Source: Vampirovibrionaceae bacterium NZW_1234 (GTDB lineage: Bacteria > Cyanobacteriota > Vampirovibrionia > Vampirovibrionales > JAGQHJ01). From it: 64,000 bases of DNA. Where the stretch lies: the NCBI GenBank assembly GCA_041697335.1, contig JBGUGD010000030.1:1-64000 (forward strand). The letters run 5' to 3'. A program made the translations under genes and the position numbers. Shown piece by piece: positions 1-10,049 of the stretch (the first letter of the stretch is position 1; every line of letters begins with the position of its first letter). The notes under the pieces were generated by a model. That model made no database searches, was not told the origin of the DNA, and was given only the letters and a program-made list of their open reading frames with translations.

Positions 1-206
1 TCAATAATGGGGGCCTTGCCCCCAAACCCCCACCAAAGGGCCACCTGGCCCTCTGGACACCCAATCGGGATATTTGGGGAGGGGCATTTCCCTAGCCAAT
101 GTTAGCTTGCAATAACCAAGTGCCCCTCCCCAAATATCCCACACGGGGTTCCAAGGGGCCGTGAGGCCCTTTGGCAGGGGTTTGGGGACAGCGTCCCCAT
201 TATTGA
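1..206. repeat. Long nested imperfect palindrome (REPIN/MITE-like element); may be truncated by the window edge
   Basis: Outer IR TCAATAATGGGG (1-12)/CCCCATTATTGA (195-206); middle arms ~20-42 vs ~165-187 and ~47-62 vs ~145-160; perfect 20-bp inner IR GGGATATTTGGGGAGGGGCA (67-86)/(121-140). Confidence 0.8.
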
Positions 207-233
207 GAGCGAAAATCGATTATTGAGACAACC

Positions 234-1205
234 CTACTGCACGTGGTGGCGATAGTAGCGGGTGAGGGCGTCGTGGTAGGTCATGAACTTCATGGCGCTT
301 AGAAAGAGGAAGAGGACCAGGGTGACCACTTCGAGGCCCAGGATCATGAGAAGGTCCGATTGGAAGCTCAGCAGATCATGGATGTCGTATTGGGCGATCA
401 ACAGAACGATTTCGGCGGTTAGGGCCAGGTAAAAGAGACCATAGAGCGGGTAAAGCAGGATCACCAAGGGGGACCCGAAGGCCAAGCGTTGTGCCCGCTC
501 GAATACCACCTGCGTCGGCTTTTCAGGCTCGGTAATGGTAATCACATCGCCCAGGACCGAGGTGAAGGCGGCCCAGATGCTTTTGATGTAGGCCAGAAAG
601 GTAAAGAACCCGAGGACGGACATCAGGAAAAAGCCGATGCTGACCTGGAATTGGAAGTTGAAAATGGCCACATCCATGACGGTGTTGGAAAACCACAACC
701 AGAAGGCGCCAACCACGGTCGTTAACCCTGTCCACATGAGCATGGGTTTAAGAACCCGGTACCAGCGAAACAGGTTCCAGTTGAACAGGGACACCATGGA
801 CTCCTGTTGATCGGGGTGGTAATGCGGGTGACGCGGGTGAGGCTGGGGGAAGAAATAACTCCAGACCTCGTGGTAGATGCAGGAGATTTTCAACAGCAAC
901 AGGGCCACCCCGGTAAAGGTAAAGACCGAGAAGAGCAGAATCTTGAAGATGAGTAACAAAGGGAGCGCCGTGTACGTCATGCCCGCATTGACCGGAATCA
1001 ACAGGGATTGAACAAATTCATAGACCGGGGCGAACAGGCTTTCGGCCGCGAGAATAAACACCGGCATGATGAGGAGCAGGACCAGAATCAGCGGCATGGC
1101 TGAGACCGGGAGAAACACCTCAAACCAATCCGGTCGGGATTGGAACGAGGGTGATTTCGACATTGCGGGATCCATGGTGTTCAAAGCGCCACTCCCTGTT
1201 GACAC
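234..1205 (-). CDS. Hypothetical multi-pass integral membrane protein (start uncertain)
   Basis: 323-aa ORF with about 6 hydrophobic segments and a His/Pro-rich loop PQPHPRHPHYHPD; TATAAT upstream on - strand (1224-1229). Confidence 0.75.
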   Translation of the reverse strand: MSTGSGALNTMDPAMSKSPSFQSRPDWFEVFLPVSAMPLILVLLLIMPVFILAAESLFAPVYEFVQSLLIPVNAGMTYTALPLLLIFKILLFSVFTFTGVALLLLKISCIYHEVWSYFFPQPHPRHPHYHPDQQESMVSLFNWNLFRWYRVLKPMLMWTGLTTVVGAFWLWFSNTVMDVAIFNFQFQVSIGFFLMSVLGFFTFLAYIKSIWAAFTSVLGDVITITEPEKPTQVVFERAQRLAFGSPLVILLYPLYGLFYLALTAEIVLLIAQYDIHDLLSFQSDLLMILGLEVVTLVLFLFLSAMKFMTYHDALTRYYRHHVQ

Positions 1206-1238
1206 ACTTGCGAAGTGATTCGATTATACACCGAAATA

Positions 1239-3746
1239 CTACGCGGAGGTGGAAGATTCTGCTTTTTCCTTGTCCTTGGAATCCCCGTCGGAAGCTGACG
1301 CGGCCTTGCTTGATGCCTTTTTCTTGGACTTTTCAAAGATGATTTTGTTGTCTTTGATGGCTGTCACAATGTGATCGCCTTCTTTGAACTTGCCCAGAAG
1401 CATCTCTTCGGAGATTTCGTCTTCGATGCGCTTTTGAATCACCCGACGCAAGGGACGAGCACCATAGGTTGGGCTGTAACCCTCTTTGGCCAGGGCATCT
1501 TTGACGTCGTCGGTAATGGTCAGCTCCATGTTTTGGGCTTTCACACGGTTCATCAGATCTTTGGCCATGATGTCCACGATCTTGCGAATTTCTTCCTTGG
1601 TCAGCTGGTGGAAGATGATGGTGTCATCCAGACGGTTTAAGAATTCCGGACGGAAGGTCCGTTTCATTTCGTCCATGACCTTTTCCTTCATCTTTTCGTA
1701 CTTGGCCTCTTCAGAGACCTGGACGGAGAAGCCGAAGCCTTCGTTATGCTCGATGGCCCGAGCCCCCACGTTACTGGTCAGGATGATAATGGTGTTCTTA
1801 AAGTCCACGGTGCGGCCTTTGGAGTCGGACAGACGCCCGTCATCCAGGATTTGCAGGAGGACGTTAAAGATGTCGGGGTGGGCTTTTTCGATTTCATCGA
1901 ACAAGACCACGCTGTAAGGCTTGCGCCGAACCATCTCGGTCAATTGGCCGCCTTCCTGGAAGCCGACATAGCCTGGAGGAGACCCGATCAGTTTGCTGAC
2001 GGTGTGGCGCTCCATGTACTCGGACATATCCACCCGGATGATGTTCTCTTCCGAGCCGAAGAAGTAATCGGCCAAGGCTTTGGCAAGCTCGGTTTTCCCG
2101 ACCCCGGTGGGACCGCTGAAGACGAAGCTGCCGATGGGGCGGTTGGGACTTTTCAAGCCCACTCGTGCCCGACGGATGGCTTTAGAAATGGCTGTTACCG
2201 CATCATGCTGCCCGATAACCCGGTCGTGCAAGGTGTCTTCCATTTTCAACAGCTTTTCCGATTCGGTTTCGGTCAACTTGGCCACCGGGACACCGGTCCA
2301 GGCGCTGACGATGTCGGCAATGTGATCGGCGGTGACTTTGATTTCTTTTTCTTCCTGTTTTTTCTTCCAGTCTTCGGCCACTTCGCGAATTTTTTCCCGC
2401 ATTTCGGCTTCTTTATCCCGCAAGTCGCTGGCGGTTTCGAAGGCCTGATTGCGAATGGCTTGTTCTTTTTCGCGAATGATCTGCTTTAACTGTTTTTCAA
2501 GCTCTTTGCCTTCCGGCGGCAGAACACTGGCGGACAGACGCACCCGGGAGGAGGCTTCATCCACCAGGTCAATGGCTTTATCCGGCAAGAAGCGATCGGT
2601 AATGTAGCGAGACGACAGTTTGACCGCAGCCTCCAACGCTTCATCCGTGATGGTGAGCTTGTGGTGTTGTTCGTATTTTTCCCGAACGCCTCTGAGGATT
2701 TCCACAGCGTCTTCTTCGTTGGGCTCTTCCACGTAAACCGGCTGGAAACGGCGTTCCAAAGCGGCATCTTTTTCGATGTGCTTGCGGTATTCAGAAATGG
2801 TGGTAGCCCCGATACATTGCAACTCACCCCGAGACAGGGCAGGCTTCAGGATGTTAGCGGCATCAATGGCGCCTTCGGCAGCTCCGGCCCCGATTAAGGT
2901 ATGAAGTTCGTCAATAATCAGGATGATGTTGCCGGCCTGACGGATTTCGTCCATGACCTTCTTGAGGCGCTCTTCAAATTCGCCCCGGTACTTGGTCCCG
3001 GCCACCAGGAGGCCGATGTCCAATTGGACGATTTTTTTGTCCTGCAGAATTTCCGGCACGTCGCCGTTGACAATGCGCTGGGCCAAGCCTTCGGCAATGG
3101 CAGTCTTCCCGACCCCGGGTTCGCCAATGAGAACCGGGTTGTTCTTGGTCCGACGGCCCATGATCTGAATGACCCGCTCAATTTCTTTCTCACGCCCGAC
3201 CACCGGATCCAGGCGGAGTTCTTGGGCCGCTTGGGTGAGGTTGGTTGCAAACTCGTCCAGGGTGGGGGTTTTGCTGCGCCCCGGGGTGGCCGCCGTGGTG
3301 GTGCTGCCCCGGGTTTCGCCCAGCATCCGGATGACGTTGCTGCGGACCTTGGTCAGGTCCACACCCAGGTTTTCCAGAACCCGAGCAGCGACGCCTTCGC
3401 CTTCGCGGATGAGGCCGAGGAGCAAGTGCTCTGTACCAATGTAGTTGTGCCCCAATTGGCGGGCTTCATCCCAGGATAATTCCAGGACGCGCTTGGCGCG
3501 AGGGGTAAAGGGGATTTCTACAGCCACGAAGCCGGAACCCCGACCGATAATTTTTTCGACTTCGGCGCGAGCTTCTTTCAAGTTCACGCCCATGCCTTTT
3601 AAGGTTTTTGCGGCAATTCCCGTTCCCTCTCCTATCAGTCCCAACAGAATCTGTTCTGTTCCGACAAAGTTATGGCCCAAACGCCGCGCCTCTTCTTGGG
3701 CCAGCATAATCACTTTGATTGCCTTCTCAGTAAACCGTTCAAACAT
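1239..3746 (-). CDS. clpC: ATP-dependent Clp protease ATP-binding subunit ClpC
   Basis: [14 protein letters not shown]-terminus with two Clp-N repeats, AAA1 [16 protein letters not shown] middle domain, AAA2 [20 protein letters not shown] ClpP loop, YGARPLRR. Confidence 0.97.
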   Translation of the reverse strand: MFERFTEKAIKVIMLAQEEARRLGHNFVGTEQILLGLIGEGTGIAAKTLKGMGVNLKEARAEVEKIIGRGSGFVAVEIPFTPRAKRVLELSWDEARQLGHNYIGTEHLLLGLIREGEGVAARVLENLGVDLTKVRSNVIRMLGETRGSTTTAATPGRSKTPTLDEFATNLTQAAQELRLDPVVGREKEIERVIQIMGRRTKNNPVLIGEPGVGKTAIAEGLAQRIVNGDVPEILQDKKIVQLDIGLLVAGTKYRGEFEERLKKVMDEIRQAGNIILIIDELHTLIGAGAAEGAIDAANILKPALSRGELQCIGATTISEYRKHIEKDAALERRFQPVYVEEPNEEDAVEILRGVREKYEQHHKLTITDEALEAAVKLSSRYITDRFLPDKAIDLVDEASSRVRLSASVLPPEGKELEKQLKQIIREKEQAIRNQAFETASDLRDKEAEMREKIREVAEDWKKKQEEKEIKVTADHIADIVSAWTGVPVAKLTETESEKLLKMEDTLHDRVIGQHDAVTAISKAIRRARVGLKSPNRPIGSFVFSGPTGVGKTELAKALADYFFGSEENIIRVDMSEYMERHTVSKLIGSPPGYVGFQEGGQLTEMVRRKPYSVVLFDEIEKAHPDIFNVLLQILDDGRLSDSKGRTVDFKNTIIILTSNVGARAIEHNEGFGFSVQVSEEAKYEKMKEKVMDEMKRTFRPEFLNRLDDTIIFHQLTKEEIRKIVDIMAKDLMNRVKAQNMELTITDDVKDALAKEGYSPTYGARPLRRVIQKRIEDEISEEMLLGKFKEGDHIVTAIKDNKIIFEKSKKKASSKAASASDGDSKDKEKAESSTSA

Positions 3747-3879
3747 CTTTCTTTAGACCTTTATCTCGTCGTTGAAATATGACTTATCTTACCTGAAGAA
3801 TCAGTCGGGTTACAATACATTGTGGCACAAATACACCGCCCTAGGGAAACCTTCGGTAATTTTTAAGGATTGGACATCA

Positions 3880-4146
3880 ATGCAGATCCGGTGTTTGGTT
3901 TGTGGATCCGTCAATTCCAAGGAAGCCAATTATTGTAGCCACTGCGGCAATGAGCTTCCTCAAAAGGCGGCGTCTCAATCTTCTGTTGAGGGTCAACCGC
4001 GCTTTCAGTGGGGCTGCTTTTGGCTTGTCCTGTTGGGAACGTTGCTGTTTACGGCCGTGAGTGTCTGGGTATTGGATGCGCCGGTGTTTCTGTTCGGCTT
4101 GTTTTTGCCTTGGATCTGGTCTATAAGGCCAAAAACCAGGTCTTAG
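3880..4146 (+). CDS. Small zinc-ribbon membrane protein
   Basis: MQIRCLVCG...YCSHCG (two CxxC) followed by two hydrophobic helices; ATG at 3880 after AAGGA preferred over ORF-track TTG. Confidence 0.75.
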   Translation: MQIRCLVCGSVNSKEANYCSHCGNELPQKAASQSSVEGQPRFQWGCFWLVLLGTLLFTAVSVWVLDAPVFLFGLFLPWIWSIRPKTRS

Positions 4147-4886
4147 GAACGCTTTTTCGGTTTTCGGCTCAAGGGTTTTCTCGATGCCGTCGGCATTAAC
4201 TGCTTAAGTTCACCGGGTTTTAGTTCCCGATATTCGCCAGGTTTGAGTTTTCCCAAGGTGATACCGGCAAATGCGGTACGCTTGAGACCCAAAACGCTAT
4301 AGCCTAAGGCTTCAAAGCTTCGGCGAATTTGTCGGTTCATGCCGGTCTTTAAAACGAGAATGACGGTTTTCAGGTCCACAACCTCCTGGACATGGGCCAC
4401 CGCAAGCTTTCCCTCCGGCTCAAGCACAATGCCCGCTTCCAGTTGATGAAGAATGCTTTCCGTGACATTTTGATTCAATTTGACGCGATAGACTTTGTTA
4501 TGGGCATAGCGGGGGTGAGACAGACGTTGAACAAAGGTGCCGTCGTTGGACATCAACAAGAGCCCGGTGGAATCCCGATCCAAGCGCCCGACAGGATCCA
4601 AGGTTTTCAGGGCCTCAGGTAACCAGTCATAAATGGTCTTTCGGCCCTCTGGATCGTGGCGCGTGGTAATGCAGTTTTTGGGTTTATGAAAGACGATATA
4701 ACGTTTTCGCTCGGGGACCAGCAGTTGGCCTCGCAAGGTCACTTTGTCTTCGTCTGGGTTAATGGTTTGACCAAGGGTGGCCGGTTTGCCGTTAACCCGG
4801 ACTGCTTGCTCCTCGATGAGGGTATCGGCCTTTCGGCGGGAAATCCCACTGCAATCGGCAATAAACTTGTTCAGACGAACACTCAC
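4143..4886 (-). CDS. rluB: rRNA pseudouridine synthase, RsuA/RluB family, with S4 domain
   Basis: RLNKFIADCSGISRRKAD S4 domain; FHKP; catalytic GRLDRDSTGLLLMSNDG; GMNRQIRR. Confidence 0.9.
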   Translation of the reverse strand: MSVRLNKFIADCSGISRRKADTLIEEQAVRVNGKPATLGQTINPDEDKVTLRGQLLVPERKRYIVFHKPKNCITTRHDPEGRKTIYDWLPEALKTLDPVGRLDRDSTGLLLMSNDGTFVQRLSHPRYAHNKVYRVKLNQNVTESILHQLEAGIVLEPEGKLAVAHVQEVVDLKTVILVLKTGMNRQIRRSFEALGYSVLGLKRTAFAGITLGKLKPGEYRELKPGELKQLMPTASRKPLSRKPKKRS

Positions 4887-5356
4887 GACGGTCTGGACTC
4901 GGCGTTGCTGCTTTTCAACAGGTTAAAGAGGTTCAGCTGTAAGTGATCTGCATGTTCGAGGCGGCATTCAAACAACTGTGCAATTTGTCGTAGTTCCCGG
5001 TAATCCTCTTCGCTATAGAGGGGGATGGTTCCTCGAAGCTCGCCATCCACCCGAAGCTCGGCATGATCGGAGAAGATGAGGATTACCCGGTCTTGGCTTA
5101 ACGCTTTGTCGGCAGCTTCACGGCGCTTTTTCTCCCGTTGAACCACATTTTCCAAATCTAAATTCAGGTAATGAAAGGCCACCATGAGGTTGGTGAGACT
5201 TTGCTCCACAAAGCTTTGTGCTTGGACCGTGTTTCCATCTTCCAGATAACGCATGGCCCTCTCCGTGCAAGCCGTCAGTTGACGCAAGGCTTCTGTAGCG
5301 CTGTGCGGTTTGTTGGAGACTTTGGCCAGAAGCTGCTGGGCTTCTTTGAGCTGCAT
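4883..5356 (-). CDS. Hypothetical protein: degenerate MazG-like N-terminal helical domain, C-terminal QLNLF motif
   Basis: 157-aa ORF whose stop overlaps the rluB start; MQLKEAQ...LNLDLENVVQREKKR pattern resembles the MazG/NTP-PPase all-alpha fold (by eye). Confidence 0.7.
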   Translation of the reverse strand: MQLKEAQQLLAKVSNKPHSATEALRQLTACTERAMRYLEDGNTVQAQSFVEQSLTNLMVAFHYLNLDLENVVQREKKRREAADKALSQDRVILIFSDHAELRVDGELRGTIPLYSEEDYRELRQIAQLFECRLEHADHLQLNLFNLLKSSNAESRPS

Positions 5357-5519
5357 GGGGGGAGAGTCCTTACTCGACTTGGGATTATGTCCTCAATGCT
5401 AGAACAAACAGAGGGGCAAGACAAAAAGATTCCCTAAGGCGACAATGGAGACCTGGCTTAAAAACTGTCACGATAGGCCTAGATGATGGCGCGTTTTGAG
5501 GCAATTTTGAGGCAAACCC

Positions 5520-6242
5520 ATGGCGATTTCCACCCAGTTATATGTGTCGCGTGTGTTGGAGCATGCCGATCAAACCGCGTGCATTCGGACGCTTTATTTG
5601 TCCATTCCCAACGATTATCCTGACTTTAGGCCCGGGCACATTGTCCAGGTGGGCCTGTCTTCCGAACAGCAACCTGTTCCCTCGGCTATGCGAGCCTATT
5701 GCGTGTGTTCCTCGTCTCAAGAAGGCTACCTGGAACTGTGCATCGATTTGGTGGGTCAGCAGGGTTTCTCTGGGACCTTGTACCAGGCAGGTCCCGGCCA
5801 AAAGTTGGTAATTTCCAAGCCCTATGGGGAATTTGGGTTGCAAACACCCGTTGCACGGCCGCTCATGTTTATCGGCTTTGCCTCTGGCGTGGGCGTGTTG
5901 CGAGGAATTCTGCGTGATGCGTTGCGAGTTTCCCCGGCATTGGACTTGGTCCAGTTTTATGCGGTCAATCATGATGAGACGGCGATTCCCTATGCCCGAG
6001 CTTTGGCTCAGGAAAGCCGTCGTTATCCCAGTGTCGAAATCTATCCGGTGCTTCAGACCCAAGGCTATGATATGGATGATTTGACGGATCGCATCTTTAT
6101 TCATGCCGATATGACATTGGCTTGGGATATTTACATTGCCGGGGTTTCGGATCCCGTATTGATGACACGAGAAAACTTGATGGAGCTGGGTATGGAACGA
6201 TCGAAGTTTTATGTCCAGACCTACTCGTCGAATCGCTATTGA
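5520..6242 (+). CDS. FNR-like FAD/NAD(P)-binding oxidoreductase (divergent)
   Basis: FRPGH, RAYCVCS (RxYSxxS-like), GFSGTL, PYGEF, FIGFASGVG (GGTGI-like), IYIAG (YxCG-like). Confidence 0.8.
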   Translation: MAISTQLYVSRVLEHADQTACIRTLYLSIPNDYPDFRPGHIVQVGLSSEQQPVPSAMRAYCVCSSSQEGYLELCIDLVGQQGFSGTLYQAGPGQKLVISKPYGEFGLQTPVARPLMFIGFASGVGVLRGILRDALRVSPALDLVQFYAVNHDETAIPYARALAQESRRYPSVEIYPVLQTQGYDMDDLTDRIFIHADMTLAWDIYIAGVSDPVLMTRENLMELGMERSKFYVQTYSSNRY

Positions 6243-6246
6243 TGGG

Positions 6247-7560
6247 CTATAGCGAGGTTAAGATTCCGGCAATAGCACTGGATACGTAAGAGGCCATTGT
6301 GCCGCACAAAAGTGCTTTTAGCCCTAAGCGAGCCAAGTCAGCCTTACGCGACGGTGCAATTTCACCAATGCCCCCGATTTGCATGGCAACAGAGCCGAAG
6401 TTGGCAAATCCGCATAAGGCAAAGGTGGCGATGGCAACAGACTTGGGGCTAAGAGCGCCGCCGACATGACCACTGGCATCGGCCTGGGACATAAGCGTGG
6501 TTAAATCCGAGTAGGCGACAAACTCGTTCGTTACAATTTTGGTGCCCATAAGGCTTCCAACACTATGCGCATCCTGAAAAGGGACCCCTAAGGCCACGGC
6601 GACGCCTGAAAACAAGGTTCCCAACAGGCTCCGGATCGAGAGATGACTCAAATCCAAGCCAATCCCAGATAGATCCAGGCCGGTAAGGGCCAACATGGAA
6701 CCGCTTTTGGCAATCACGGCATCCAGTAAGGCAATTAAGGCCAGAAAACCCACCAGCATGGCAACCACTTGCATCCCAATGCGAAGCCCATCGGAGGCTC
6801 CGTGTGCGGCGGCGTCTAAAATATTCACCGTTTGACGCTCAACAGCCAGCTTAATGGTGCCTTTGGTTTCAGGTTCTTCCGTTTCCGGGTAGACAATCTT
6901 GGCAATGACCAGGGCCCCTGGGGCGGCCATGAGGCTTGCCGTTAACAGGTACGCTGCCGGAATGCCCATTTGAATGTAGACGGCCATAATGCTTCCGGCG
7001 ATACAGGCCATGCTGCCGGCCATCACCGCTAGCAGCTCTGAGTTGGTCATGGAGCTGACATAGGGCTTAATCATGAGTTGGGCTTCTACCTGACCGACAA
7101 AGATGCTGGCCGTATTGGACAGGGCTTCTGCCCCACTGGCACCCATGACCTTGGCGACTACCCAGGCAACGGCCTGCACCACTTTTTGCATAATGCCCAA
7201 GTGATAGGCCAAACTTACCAGGGTGGCCACAAAGATGATGGTCGGGATGAGTTGAAAGGCAAAAATAAAGCTGTTGCCTTCGCCAAAGACTTTGCTCAGA
7301 AGCGGCTGAGAGACCATGGGGCCAAACACAAAACTGGCCCCTGCCCCGGCACATGAGAGCAGTTGGGTGATGCCATCGGCCAGGGCGCGAAAAATCTGTT
7401 GGCCCAAGGGGATTTTGAGGACAAAGATGGCAATGCCTAATTGAATCAGTAGGCCATTGATGACAAGGCGCCACTGGATGGCCTTGCGATTATTGGACAT
7501 TAAATAGGCCAAGCCTAACAAGCCTGCAATCCCGATGAGTCCGGTAAAAGCGTCTAGCAT
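6247..7560 (-). CDS. nupC: NupC/CNT family nucleoside transporter
   Basis: SNNRKAIQWR, GASFVFG, FAFQLIPTIIF, IFVGQVEA, NEFVAY, CGFANFGS motifs; ATG at 7560 with GGGAG RBS. Confidence 0.92.
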   Translation of the reverse strand: MLDAFTGLIGIAGLLGLAYLMSNNRKAIQWRLVINGLLIQLGIAIFVLKIPLGQQIFRALADGITQLLSCAGAGASFVFGPMVSQPLLSKVFGEGNSFIFAFQLIPTIIFVATLVSLAYHLGIMQKVVQAVAWVVAKVMGASGAEALSNTASIFVGQVEAQLMIKPYVSSMTNSELLAVMAGSMACIAGSIMAVYIQMGIPAAYLLTASLMAAPGALVIAKIVYPETEEPETKGTIKLAVERQTVNILDAAAHGASDGLRIGMQVVAMLVGFLALIALLDAVIAKSGSMLALTGLDLSGIGLDLSHLSIRSLLGTLFSGVAVALGVPFQDAHSVGSLMGTKIVTNEFVAYSDLTTLMSQADASGHVGGALSPKSVAIATFALCGFANFGSVAMQIGGIGEIAPSRKADLARLGLKALLCGTMASYVSSAIAGILTSL

Positions 7561-7883
7561 AAACGGTGCTCCCGCCATATCCTCAATATTGTGTCGGGCC
7601 CAAGGGGTGCCTGATGAGCCTCTCTTGTATTGAACCTTAAATTCCATAAAACATAAAGGGGGATTCTTGAGACAATATGGCCTGAGATGCAATAAGGGTG
7701 GTTTGTCGGCTTTGTTTTGCTTTATAATCGTGACCAGGATCGACGGGAAAGTTATCCCGGGAATGCTGTCGGCAACCCATGGGTTGTCAAGGGGAGGGTG
7801 GGTGCTGATGCCCCGGTACAATCAATGAGGGTATTGCCTCGAATACGATCAATCAGAATTCTATGAAGGAGACGCCTCTTGTT

Positions 7884-9194
7884 ATGAACACCACGGAAGC
7901 TGAGATGGCCCATCACGCGGATAAAAAGCCTTGGTATCAACAAATCAGCAAATATCAATGGATGGTATTACTTGCTTGCTATGCCGGTGGGATGTTTGAT
8001 GGGCTAGACTCCAGTCTGTTTACCGCCGTTTTGCCCGTCTCCGTTGGGGAGCTCCTGAATACCTCGGATCCCAGTGTGATCAGTGCCAAGGGCTCTTACA
8101 TTGCGGCACTCTTTTTGCTTGGTTGGACCACCGGAGGCATGGTGTTCGGGATGTTGGGCGATCGGATCGGTCGGGTCAAGGCCTTGTCTCTGTCCATTTT
8201 GATCTATGCCCTGTTTACCGGCCTATGCGGTTTTGCCCAAAACTGGGAGCAATTGGCGTTGTTCCGGTTTATGACGGCACTGGGCATTGGTGGAGAATTG
8301 ATTGTGGGAACCACACTTCTTGCCGAAGCCTGGCCTGAAAAATATCGGACGCGCGCAGTGGGCTTTTTGACCACGGCCTATCAGGGTGGGGTGAGTCTGG
8401 TGGGCTTAACCAACCTTTATGTCGGTCAGTTTGGCTGGCGTTACATGTTTTTTATCGGTGCCTTGCCAGCTGTCATTGTGATGCTGATTCGGACCACGGT
8501 CGGTGAGCCGGAACGCTGGCTGCTTCTGGATCAAAAACGCAAGGCCGGTGGGGCCCACCATCACGAGGTGTCGTCCAACTTCTTCCATCTGTTTCATCAG
8601 GCTCATCTCAGAAATGCCATTGTGGCCAGTCTGTTTACCGGTGCATTGTTGATTGCCTATTGGGCTTCGTCTTTTTGGATTCCGGCGTGGGTTCACCAGT
8701 TACTGGGTGAAGCCAAGGCTCAGGCCAAGCGTGAGGTTAGTTATATCCTGCTGCTGCAGGGGTTGTTTGCCATTGGTGGCAGTTTCTGGTCCGGTTTTTT
8801 GGCCCAGCAGATCGGGCGACGCTGGACGGTGGTGTTCGCCTTTTCCGGGTATCTGTTGACCAGTCTTGGCATGTTTGGGTTAAACACGCAGTTTTCTCAA
8901 GCACTCTACATCTGGGGAGCCGCGATGGGAATTTTTATTGGCATGACCATTGGAATTTGCTATATCTACGTGCCGGAACTTTTTCCCACGAGACTTCGGG
9001 CCACAGGAACGGGTTTCTGTTTTAATCTGGGCCGTATTGCGGCAGCAATTGGTGTTGTGGTCAGTAGCCATTTGGTTTCATGGTTTGGAGGTTCGTACTC
9101 TCAAGCTGCCCTTTCGGTTTCCTATATTCTGCTTTTGGGAATTGCCGTTGTGTTTTTAGCGCCTGAGACCAAGGATAAGATGTTGCAGGATTGA
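7884..9194 (+). CDS. MFS transporter (organic acid/sugar-acid-type; substrate unknown)
   Basis: Motif A GMLGDRIGRV, GIGGE, AEAWPEKYR, PELFPTRLRATG, APETK; about 12 TM helices; AAGGAG RBS before ATG 7884. Confidence 0.92.
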   Translation: MNTTEAEMAHHADKKPWYQQISKYQWMVLLACYAGGMFDGLDSSLFTAVLPVSVGELLNTSDPSVISAKGSYIAALFLLGWTTGGMVFGMLGDRIGRVKALSLSILIYALFTGLCGFAQNWEQLALFRFMTALGIGGELIVGTTLLAEAWPEKYRTRAVGFLTTAYQGGVSLVGLTNLYVGQFGWRYMFFIGALPAVIVMLIRTTVGEPERWLLLDQKRKAGGAHHHEVSSNFFHLFHQAHLRNAIVASLFTGALLIAYWASSFWIPAWVHQLLGEAKAQAKREVSYILLLQGLFAIGGSFWSGFLAQQIGRRWTVVFAFSGYLLTSLGMFGLNTQFSQALYIWGAAMGIFIGMTIGICYIYVPELFPTRLRATGTGFCFNLGRIAAAIGVVVSSHLVSWFGGSYSQAALSVSYILLLGIAVVFLAPETKDKMLQD

Positions 9195-9200
9195 AATGGG

Positions 9201-10049
9201 ATGGCTAAGGTTCCCAAAGAGCGTTTAGATAAATTGATTGTGGACCAAGGGCTGTGTGACACACGCTCTCAGGCACAGGGTTTGATCTTGGCGGGTCAGG
9301 TGCTGGTGAATAATCAGAAAGTTGACAAACCGGGCACGCTTGTTTCGCCCAGTGTGTCGATTGTGATTAAAGATCGACCCCGATATGTCAGTCGTGGTGG
9401 ATTAAAACTGGAAAAGGCCTTAAAAGACTTTGAAATCCAGGTTTCCGGTCGGGTATGCCTGGATGTGGGCGCTTCTAGCGGCGGATTTACGGATTGCTTG
9501 CTTCAGCATGGCGCTGAGCGAGTACATGCGGTAGACGTGGGATCGGGTCAACTGGACTGGAAGTTAAGGCAAGATCCTCGGGTTCATGTGCTTGAGAAAA
9601 CCCATATTGCCCACTTGGATCCGGGGGTGTTGATTCCCCCACCGTCAATGGCGGTCGTGGATGTGTCCTTTATTTCCTTAAAGAAAGTTCTGCCCAATAC
9701 CGTGCGATGTCTTGCTCAAAATTCTGGGGAGATGGAGCTGACGCTCGTGGCATTGATAAAACCTCAATTTGAGTATTTGGACTATTGTGATATCGGTGGG
9801 TTTGATGGCGTGGTAACTCAGAGCGAGCACCATCGCGTGATTCTGAACGGTGTTTTGGAAGATATTCATTCGCTTCTGCCGGAATGGTCCTTATTGGGAT
9901 TATCGGAATCTCCCATCCAGGGGCCGAAGGGAAACCGAGAGTTTCTGCTGTGGCTCTCAACGTGTCAACCATCCGATGCTACTCATTCTGTAGCCGGTTG
10001 GGAAAGTGTATCTTCCCGTGTGGCAACGCTGTTGGAGCGGGATACGTAA
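9201..10049 (+). CDS. tlyA: TlyA family rRNA 2'-O-methyltransferase
   Basis: S4 domain KERLD; YVSRGGLKL; LDVGASSGGFT; DVSFISL; LIKPQFE; SPIQGPKGNREF. Confidence 0.95.
   Translation: MAKVPKERLDKLIVDQGLCDTRSQAQGLILAGQVLVNNQKVDKPGTLVSPSVSIVIKDRPRYVSRGGLKLEKALKDFEIQVSGRVCLDVGASSGGFTDCLLQHGAERVHAVDVGSGQLDWKLRQDPRVHVLEKTHIAHLDPGVLIPPPSMAVVDVSFISLKKVLPNTVRCLAQNSGEMELTLVALIKPQFEYLDYCDIGGFDGVVTQSEHHRVILNGVLEDIHSLLPEWSLLGLSESPIQGPKGNREFLLWLSTCQPSDATHSVAGWESVSSRVATLLERDT

Noticed and set aside
3747..3879. CtsR or CIRCE heat-shock operator upstream of clpC
   Set aside because: No GTCAA heptad direct repeat or TTAGCACTC-N9-GAGTGCTAA seen.
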